Below are positions 1 through 5,104 of a DNA stretch of 5,104 nucleotides, piece after piece. Location: the NCBI GenBank assembly GCA_016840425.1, contig JAEOSI010000170.1, forward strand, positions 1 to 5,104, read 5' to 3'. This DNA comes from Candidatus Wukongarchaeum yapensis (GTDB lineage Archaea > Asgardarchaeota > Wukongarchaeia > Wukongarchaeales > Wukongarchaeaceae). The translations under genes were made by a program, and so were the position numbers. The notes beneath the pieces were generated by a model. It had not been told where the DNA came from, made no database searches, and saw only the letters and a list, made by a program, of their open reading frames with translations. Each line of letters begins with the position of its first letter. Positions within the stretch are counted from its first letter, which is position 1.

Positions 1-1
1 T

Positions 2-280
2 AAACAATGGACACTTGCTTCACCAATGCCCGACAAGGACGGAAACATCACCATAACCGCCATGGCTACTTGGAACTGTCCATCTTGCGGGAATACGGTT
101 CGCGGAACTATGGGAAAATACAAAGAAACAGGTAAAACTAAAAGCAAACAAGCAATGTTAATCGAACTAATCCAGGAAAATCCTCAAATAAAAGTATCAG
201 ATATAGCTGCCCAACTAGGAATGAAAGAAGAAGTGGTTGAAAAGGCTATAAAGATATTAAAAAAACAAGGAAAGCTCTGA
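2..280 (+). CDS. 5'-partial Zn-ribbon (Cren7-like motif) protein with C-terminal HTH; putative DNA-binding protein
   Basis: The frame is open from base 2 (KQWTLASP-MPDKDGNITITAMATWNCPSCGNTVRG...), so the real start lies left of the window and the track's ATG at 26 is probably internal. It has a CPSCG knuckle. The C-terminus ELIQENPQIKVSDIAAQLGMKEEVVEKAIKILKKQGKL fits an HTH pattern. Stop TGA at 278-280. Confidence 0.75.
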   Translation, partial: KQWTLASPMPDKDGNITITAMATWNCPSCGNTVRGTMGKYKETGKTKSKQAMLIELIQENPQIKVSDIAAQLGMKEEVVEKAIKILKKQGKL

Positions 281-346
281 CTTGCAAATAAAAAAGTCAC
301 CGAATATGATATATCTAAAGTATAGTAATGTTTGAGGTGTTCTGGT

Positions 347-580
347 TTGGGAAAGGTAAAAAAAGGTGTAACTTGCTCAATTGCTGGTTGTGAAAAAGAA
401 GCTGTTAAATCCCTGAGCCTAAAAAGAATTTCAAAGTCCTTAAATAATGCAGGTTTAAAGTTGAAAGACTATAAGAAAAAAAGGCGCGTTTACCTTTGCG
501 ACGCTCATTACAAGACAGTTAAGAAGGATCTTCGTTCTGAAGCAAAAATAGAAAAAATGCGTTATGGCCCTTTTGGCTAA
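347..580 (+). CDS. Small basic C2CH zinc-binding conserved archaeal hypothetical protein (77 aa)
   Basis: A Shine-Dalgarno GAGGTG at 334-339 lies 7 nt before TTG at 347, giving MGKVKKGVTCSIAGC...RVYLCDAHYK. This start is preferred over the track's TTG at 332, which overlaps the SD. The protein has C-x4-C-x35-C-x2-H and is Lys/Arg-rich. Confidence 0.8.
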   Translation: MGKVKKGVTCSIAGCEKEAVKSLSLKRISKSLNNAGLKLKDYKKKRRVYLCDAHYKTVKKDLRSEAKIEKMRYGPFG

Positions 581-617
581 AAAATCCATAAAAAGATACT
601 TCGATCTAAAATAAAAT

Positions 618-1379
618 TTAAATGAAGTATGAGGGCTTATCTTTCTCTTCTTGGGTTTCTTTTACCCTCTCAATGAACTCTTTTGTTATCCTTTCTCTTT
701 CAAGAGCCTTTTCTATTTTCTCTTCCATTCTGTTAAGATCTATTGGGAGGTTGTATATTTGCCTAAGAATGTTCAATACGTTTCTTGCTGCAATCGGATC
801 AGGTCCAGAAACATGCAATTTCCCAAGAAGTCCAAAAGATTTTAGACCTTTTTCTGCGCCAAGGGCCGTAATAACGCCTACTGCCCCCGTAACTTGGCCA
901 TTCTCCAAAGTTCCAACATCATAATCTTTTAAAAACTCTAAATCCTCCTTTGAAAAAGCAAAACCAGCAACTTCTGGACCATTTTCTGCCCTAAGCCCGC
1001 CAACAGCAATTACGTTTTTAACACCTTTACTGGCACAATAATCGAGCACAAAATCAAGGACTTGGATCATCCCTGTCTCCGAAGGTTGAACATCCCCCGT
1101 CATAATGATAAGATTAGGTTCTACTTTTTCTACCGCAAAGAGCTCTATACGCACTAATTTCCCCTCTCCGTTGCGCAAAATCACAATCGAAGGGAAATAG
1201 CTTGAATAAATCCTAGCAAACTCAACTGCTTCGAACTCATCTATCAAAAATCGAGCAGAAAGATGACCTACAAAACCCATACCGGGCAATCCTTGAATTA
1301 AAATAGCTTCTTTTAGCACTATTTCAGGCCCTAACTCCTTCACAAAAGTACCATTATGACGAAGCTCTTTTCCCTTCAT
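618..1379 (-). CDS. PAC2-family proteasome assembly chaperone (archaeal PbaA/PbaB-like)
   Basis: Motifs LIQGLPGMGFVGHLSARFLI, IYSSYFP, IMTGDVQP, VIAVGG, GQVTGAVG and PDPIAARNVL are present. The acidic/charged C-tail ends SYFI. ATG at 1379 is chosen; TTG at 1388 is an alternative start. Confidence 0.92.
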   Translation of the reverse strand: MKGKELRHNGTFVKELGPEIVLKEAILIQGLPGMGFVGHLSARFLIDEFEAVEFARIYSSYFPSIVILRNGEGKLVRIELFAVEKVEPNLIIMTGDVQPSETGMIQVLDFVLDYCASKGVKNVIAVGGLRAENGPEVAGFAFSKEDLEFLKDYDVGTLENGQVTGAVGVITALGAEKGLKSFGLLGKLHVSGPDPIAARNVLNILRQIYNLPIDLNRMEEKIEKALERERITKEFIERVKETQEEKDKPSYFI

Positions 1380-1532
1380 TTTGATCAAATCGACAAAATT
1401 TGTAAAAGAACATGATTAAAATTAAAATATTAGATTTGATTAAAAACCTATGGGTATTTACGCATAGTTAAAAGTATATTGTTGGTATAAATACTCTTTC
1501 TTATAGACTATCTCTTCAAAAATATTTTAGTT

Positions 1533-1577
1533 AAAGCAAAATTAATAAATAATCGAATGATGATTTCTCTGGGTGGG
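1533..1577 (+). promoter_or_regulatory. Putative BRE/TATA promoter and SD of L44e
   Basis: A purine-rich AAAGCAAAA (1533-1541) is followed by TTAATAAAT (1542-1550). A GGGTGGG SD-like motif at 1571-1577 lies 8 nt before ATG 1586. The region is AT-rich, so alternative TATA boxes exist (e.g. TATAAATA near 1486). Confidence 0.45.
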
Positions 1578-1585
1578 TAAATAAG

Positions 1586-1894
1586 ATGAAATTGCCAACT
1601 GAAATCCGGACTTACTGCCCCTATTGTAGGTCTCACCAAGCGATGTCTTTAAAAATAGAAAAACCAGGAAGACGTGCAGCCGGAGGCCAAAAACTGGCTG
1701 TTAGAAGACAAATTAGGCGTAGGAAGGGTACTGGAAATAAGGGAAAATACAGCAAAAAGCCTATTACCCAGAACAAAATGGCTTCAAAAACGACGAAAAA
1801 AACCGATGTTCGCCTTAAATGCAAAAAGTGTGGCAAAAGCATTACAAAATCTTTCCCGCGTGCAAAAAAGGTTGAGGTAGTAACAGCCCATTAA
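1586..1894 (+). CDS. rpl44e: 50S ribosomal protein L44e (eL42)
   Basis: MKLPTEIRTYCPYCRSH at the N-terminus and KTTKKTDVRLKCKKCGK ... RAKKVEV at the C-terminus; two CxxC pairs; very basic; 102 aa. Confidence 0.95.
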   Translation: MKLPTEIRTYCPYCRSHQAMSLKIEKPGRRAAGGQKLAVRRQIRRRKGTGNKGKYSKKPITQNKMASKTTKKTDVRLKCKKCGKSITKSFPRAKKVEVVTAH

Positions 1895-1915
1895 TGCCGC
1901 CTAGAAAACGCATTT

Positions 1916-2403
1916 TCATTCTCCTATCTTTTTAAGAGCTACTGTTGCTTCTTTTCGAATGTGCTCATTTTTATCTTTTAATGCTTTTATCAAGGTTCTT
2001 TCGCTCTTGTATCTCCTATATTTCCTAGAGATAATGCTGCTCCCTCTCGAATCTCTGGATTTTCGTTTTTTAGGGCTTCTATGAGCAGTTCTATTGTCGG
2101 TTCCCCTATTTCTACAAGAGCTTCAATTGCTGTTTCTGCCGTTTCTTCATATTCTTCGTACTTTAAGTCTTGTATTAGTTCCTTTATCCCCATTTCGCCT
2201 AATTTTACAAGTTCATCCCACTGTCTTTTTGCTATTAGATAGAGGGCTTTTTCTCTATCGTTTCTAGGTTCCCAGCCTAATTCATCAAGTTCTCTTGCCG
2301 CTTCCCATCGAGTATCCTGATCGTCATCAAGATCTTCTATTAATTCTAAAATGCGGTATTCCTTATCGGCATTTTTTAGTTTGGGCAAAATTTCTCTCCT
2401 CAA
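1916..2403 (-). pseudogene. HEAT/PBS-lyase repeat protein, frameshifted near 1993 (pseudogene or sequencing error)
   Basis: Repeats include LGWEPRNDREKALYLIAKRQWDELVKLGE and LLIEALKNENPEIREGAALSLGNIGDTRAKEP. The ORF stops at CCT TGA (1990-1992), but the -1 frame continues LIKALKDKNEHIRKEATVALKKIGE* to a TGA at 1916-1918, which is a textbook next repeat. The start is TTG 2403 (SD AGGTG) or TTG 2388 (SD GAGGAG). Confidence 0.8.
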
Positions 2404-2411
2404 ATTTACAC

Positions 2412-3833
2412 CTATTTTTTAAATTTAGAAAGATATTTCGAATATTTTGTTAGAGCAGATATGGCTTTCACCGCTCGTTCGGGGGTTGGGAAACTAGGTA
2501 TCCCTATGTTTTCAAGTAACTCGGATAATTTATCCGCTTCTGATCCCCCCATAGTACATGCAGAAATCGGCTTTTCACACCTTTCAACTACCGGCTGCAT
2601 CTGATCAATCAACTCCTTTACGTTCATGTTTGGAACTCCTGGTAAGGGTATGAAGACGATACTGTCAACGTTTCTATCCTGAGAAACTATGTCTAAAGCT
2701 GTGATAAAATCCTCTGTAGTAGCGTTACCTGTAAGGTCTATAGGATTTATTTTTGCATAGTGAACGGGAAATTTCTCCTCTAATGCTTTTTCTGTATTTT
2801 TTTCAAATTTAGCCATCTCAAGATCAAATAATTCAACGGCATCACTTGCCATAACCCCTGCTCCCCCACCATCGGTTATAATCGTCACCCTATTACTCTC
2901 CGGTAACTCATCACAATAACTAAAAATTTTAGCATAATCTAAAGCTTCTTCCCAGTCATACCCACGAATAATTCCCATTTGTTCACAAGCTGCATCCAAG
3001 ATCTTATCTGCTCCCTCATGCGCTATGCTGGCTGTATGACTGGCAGCAGCAGCGGCTCCTGCCTTCGTTCTTCCCGCCCTTAATAACACTATTGGTGTAG
3101 TCCTTGAAACTTTTTTTGCAATATCGAAAAACTTTCGATGACTTCGTTCAAGATAGAGTAAAACAACCTTAGTTTCCTCATCATCTCCAAAATATTTTAA
3201 AAAATCTACTTCATCAAGATCCGCTGCATTACCTATCGCAACAAACTTACTAAGTCCCAACCCTTGCTTTGCTGCAATATCAATAAAAGTGGTTCCAAAC
3301 GCCCCGCTTTGCGTGATATGCCCTACATACCCAGGTGTAGCCTTAGGCATTTTTTTAATGGGTAAAAACATGTAATCTAACCCGTTACGCGGATTAATCG
3401 TTCCTAAACAATTAGGACCAAGAATACGTACATTATATTTTCTCGCTATCTCTACAACTTTTTCCTGTAACTTTATACCTTCCCCTCCTATCTCAGCAAA
3501 TCCTGCAGATACTACAACCACGTTTTTAATACCTTTAACACCACAACTGTCCACAATATCTGGAACAACTTTTGCAGGCACAATAATCACGCATAAATCA
3601 GCGTCATCTGGAACCTCAACGACATCAGGATAGCATTTTAATCCTAAAACTTCCCGATACTTGGGGTTTACCGGATACACGTTTCCCTTAAATCCTGAAA
3701 TAAGCCTAAGCATCGCTTGATACGCAAGAGATTTTTCGTTATTGGATGCCCCTGCAATAACCACACCCTGAGGCGAAAAAAACCCTTCAAGATCACTTTT
3801 ACTAAAAGTTAAATCTATACCCATTATCCCCAT
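2412..3833 (-). CDS. acdA: ADP-forming acyl-CoA (acetate-CoA) synthetase/ligase, alpha subunit
   Basis: CoA-binding Rossmann start (FFSPQGVVIAGAS, YPVNPK), SAGFAE, ILGPNCLG, TQSGAFG, IGNAADL, phospho-His motif AAASHTASIA, TDGGGAGV, NPIDLTG and PTPERAV. At 473 aa it has no fused ATP-grasp beta domain. Alternative start ATG 3824. Confidence 0.93.
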   Translation of the reverse strand: MGIMGIDLTFSKSDLEGFFSPQGVVIAGASNNEKSLAYQAMLRLISGFKGNVYPVNPKYREVLGLKCYPDVVEVPDDADLCVIIVPAKVVPDIVDSCGVKGIKNVVVVSAGFAEIGGEGIKLQEKVVEIARKYNVRILGPNCLGTINPRNGLDYMFLPIKKMPKATPGYVGHITQSGAFGTTFIDIAAKQGLGLSKFVAIGNAADLDEVDFLKYFGDDEETKVVLLYLERSHRKFFDIAKKVSRTTPIVLLRAGRTKAGAAAAASHTASIAHEGADKILDAACEQMGIIRGYDWEEALDYAKIFSYCDELPESNRVTIITDGGGAGVMASDAVELFDLEMAKFEKNTEKALEEKFPVHYAKINPIDLTGNATTEDFITALDIVSQDRNVDSIVFIPLPGVPNMNVKELIDQMQPVVERCEKPISACTMGGSEADKLSELLENIGIPSFPTPERAVKAISALTKYSKYLSKFKK

Positions 3834-3881
3834 CTCTTAAGGTTAAAAGAAATTTCAAAGGTCTTTTGCTTAATTTGTTAC

Positions 3882-3893
3882 TATAAAACTTTT
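3882..3893 (-). promoter_or_regulatory. Putative BRE/TATA of acdA
   Basis: The minus strand reads AAAAGT-TTTATA, with the TATA at 3887-3882, about 50 nt upstream of ATG 3833. Confidence 0.4.
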
Positions 3894-3916
3894 ATTAAAT
3901 TATTACCCATTTATTT

Positions 3917-4880
3917 TTAACCTAAATTGTTAAAAATCGGCTCTGTAGAAACCCTTTGGATTTTTATATAAATTTTTATTCTTATGGTTTTGTGGGTGTT
4001 ATAGGCGTTCATTTTCAAGATCATCTCCTTGTTCTGCATGCCTGTTTTCCTCGAGGTTACCGCTTCTCCGAACAATCTTTTCATGACGGAAAACAGTGTC
4101 TCGTTCATGTTCCGCTGGTTGTAGTCCTCCTTCCTGTAACCCTTCTTTTTCAGCTCTTTTCTATATTTCCCTTTGGTTTTCCACGCGGGAACATCCTCGT
4201 TTCTGGTAGGGATTATAGTATCTTCCACTCCCAGCTCTTCACTGGCCACTCTATGGTTCTCCTCAGAGTCATATCCTTTGTCCCCTATAGCTCGCTTGAT
4301 AGGACTTACTTTGCAGGCTTTCTTTAGCAAGGGTATGAAGTCTTTTACGTCGTTTGCGGGCCCCCTCCTCAACTTCTGCGCCACGATAAGCTGTTTTCTC
4401 AACTCCACGATTAAAGCGGCCTTCAAGTGTTTCTTTATCCTTTTAACCGTTTTACCCTTGTTCCTCTTAAGGACAATGGTGTAGTAAGAGAAGCTCGCTT
4501 TAGTGAGCTTAAACCCCGTGGAATCCACGCCTAAAACCAGTTTCTTCAACCGGGTTTCAGCCCGGATGAAACCGGAAAGAACCCGTTCAAGCACTGTAGT
4601 CTTGATCCTTTGAGCGAACTTCTGCAGCGTGGTGAAGTGGGGCAATCGGCGGAGATCTATGAACTTCACCACCCTGTCACAGTCCTCTAAAAGCTCGATA
4701 ATGCCCCGATAACTCTCTTTCCCCCTCCAACTCCTTCAAAACAAGGATAACACAATGCTGCCAAACCGTGTACAACCTGTTAGAAAACCTGCTGAAACAA
4801 AGAGGCACCCTCGCCCTCTTAAAAACCTTGAAAAGAGTCTTAGCAACCTTTATAAAACGAGAAACCCCACAAACAATCAC
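3917..4880 (-). pseudogene. IS5-family DDE transposase, split by a +1 frameshift at 4721-4725 (about 320 aa if joined)
   Basis: The N-terminal part (FSRFSNRLYTVWQHCVILVLKELEG) joins KESYRGIIELLEDCDRVVKFIDLRRLPHFTTLQKF if one G of a G5 run is removed. The catalytic motifs GVDSTGF, GDKGYDSE and YNQRNMNETLFSVMKR (Y-2-R-3-E-6-K) are intact. Confidence 0.9.
3931..3938. repeat. Target-site duplication, left copy (TAAAAATC)
   Basis: Identical to 4961-4968 and abuts the terminal inverted repeat. Confidence 0.92.
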
Positions 4881-4960
4881 AGCACGTTCCCTTCTCTAAC
4901 GATCGGTAAATTTACAAAGAAGAGGGAACGTGCTATAAATCACACGGTTTCTACAGAGCC
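3939..4960 (-). mobile_element. IS5-family insertion sequence, 1022 bp, complete ends
   Basis: Perfect 15-bp terminal inverted repeats GGCTCTGTAGAAACC (3939-3953) and GGTTTCTACAGAGCC (4946-4960). Flanked by an 8-bp direct repeat TAAAAATC (3931-3938, 4961-4968). It carries a DDE transposase and is visibly more GC-rich than its flanks. Confidence 0.95.
4881..4934. repeat. 12-bp perfect internal inverted repeat with 30-nt spacer in the IS leader
   Basis: AGCACGTTCCCT (4881-4892) and AGGGAACGTGCT (4923-4934). Confidence 0.85.
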
Positions 4961-4968
4961 TAAAAATC
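4961..4968. repeat. Target-site duplication, right copy (TAAAAATC)
   Basis: Identical to 3931-3938 and abuts the terminal inverted repeat. Confidence 0.92.
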
Positions 4969-5035
4969 TAAAAATTTAAATACTATTATCGAGAAGAAAA
5001 TCAAAATATTTGGGGAGAAGAGCGGTGGTACCCGT

Positions 5036-5104
5036 ATGAGTAGCGTGGAAGAAATACTGGAACGGTTGGGAAGAACCAAAAGGCGGATCATGATCGAAGT
5101 ATAT
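5036..5104 (+). CDS. 3'-partial hypothetical protein (MSSVEEILERLGRTKRRIMIEVY...)
   Basis: ATG at 5036 is preceded by SD-like GGTGG (5024-5028) and a TATA-like AAAAA-TTTAAATA (about 4970-4982). The frame is open to the window end. It is too short to assign a function. Confidence 0.55.
   Translation, partial: MSSVEEILERLGRTKRRIMIEVY

Noticed and set aside
308-315. GATATATC palindrome between the first two genes
   Set aside because: Eight AT-rich bases is too short to be distinguished from chance.
622-924. Plus-strand ORFs 622..924 and 651..845
   Set aside because: They are antisense shadows of the well-supported PAC2 gene and carry no recognisable motifs.
1557-1602. Possible C/D-box sRNA or kink-turn over the L44e start (ATGATGA at 1557-1563, CTGA at 1599-1602)
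   Set aside because: There is no flanking terminal stem and no convincing D' box, and guide lengths do not fit. The best TATA would start transcription downstream of the C box. Such short motifs are expected by chance in AT-rich DNA.
1633-1880. ORFs 1633..1842 (-) and 1674..1880 (+)
   Set aside because: They fully overlap L44e in other frames or on the other strand and show no independent signals.
3956-4484. Plus-strand ORFs 3956..4327 and 4173..4484
   Set aside because: They are antisense to the transposase and their composition is typical of shadow frames.
4677-4880. 67-aa ORF as a separate IS accessory gene
   Set aside because: It is the transposase N-terminus. Residues after LEG are out-of-frame tail caused by the frameshift.
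4961-4977. TAAAAATC-TAAAAATTT tandem as a repeat array or CRISPR remnant
   Set aside because: It is explained by the target duplication plus low-complexity AT-rich DNA. No spaced repeats occur anywhere in the window.
4755-4979. Plus-strand ORF 4755..4979
   Set aside because: It is antisense to the transposase N-terminus and crosses the IS end into host DNA, so it is not a coherent gene.

Overview
AT-rich archaeal genomic window; a TACK/Asgard-like origin is inferred from gene content only. Left to right it contains: (1) a 5'-truncated Zn-ribbon + HTH protein whose N-terminal part resembles the Cren7 core motif; (2) a small basic C2CH zinc protein; (3) a convergent PAC2-family proteasome assembly chaperone; (4) a divergently transcribed, stand-alone ribosomal protein L44e (eL42) with an atypical central loop; (5) a HEAT/PBS-lyase repeat gene broken by a 1-nt frameshift; (6) an ADP-forming acyl-CoA synthetase alpha subunit; (7) a complete 1022-bp IS5-family element (15-bp perfect terminal inverted repeats, 8-bp target duplication, transposase split by a +1 frameshift); (8) the start of an unknown gene running off the right edge. 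No rRNA, tRNA or CRISPR array is evident. The most notable points are the rearranged L44e/PAC2 neighbourhood, the two small Zn proteins, and the fully delimitable IS with an internal hairpin next to its start codon.
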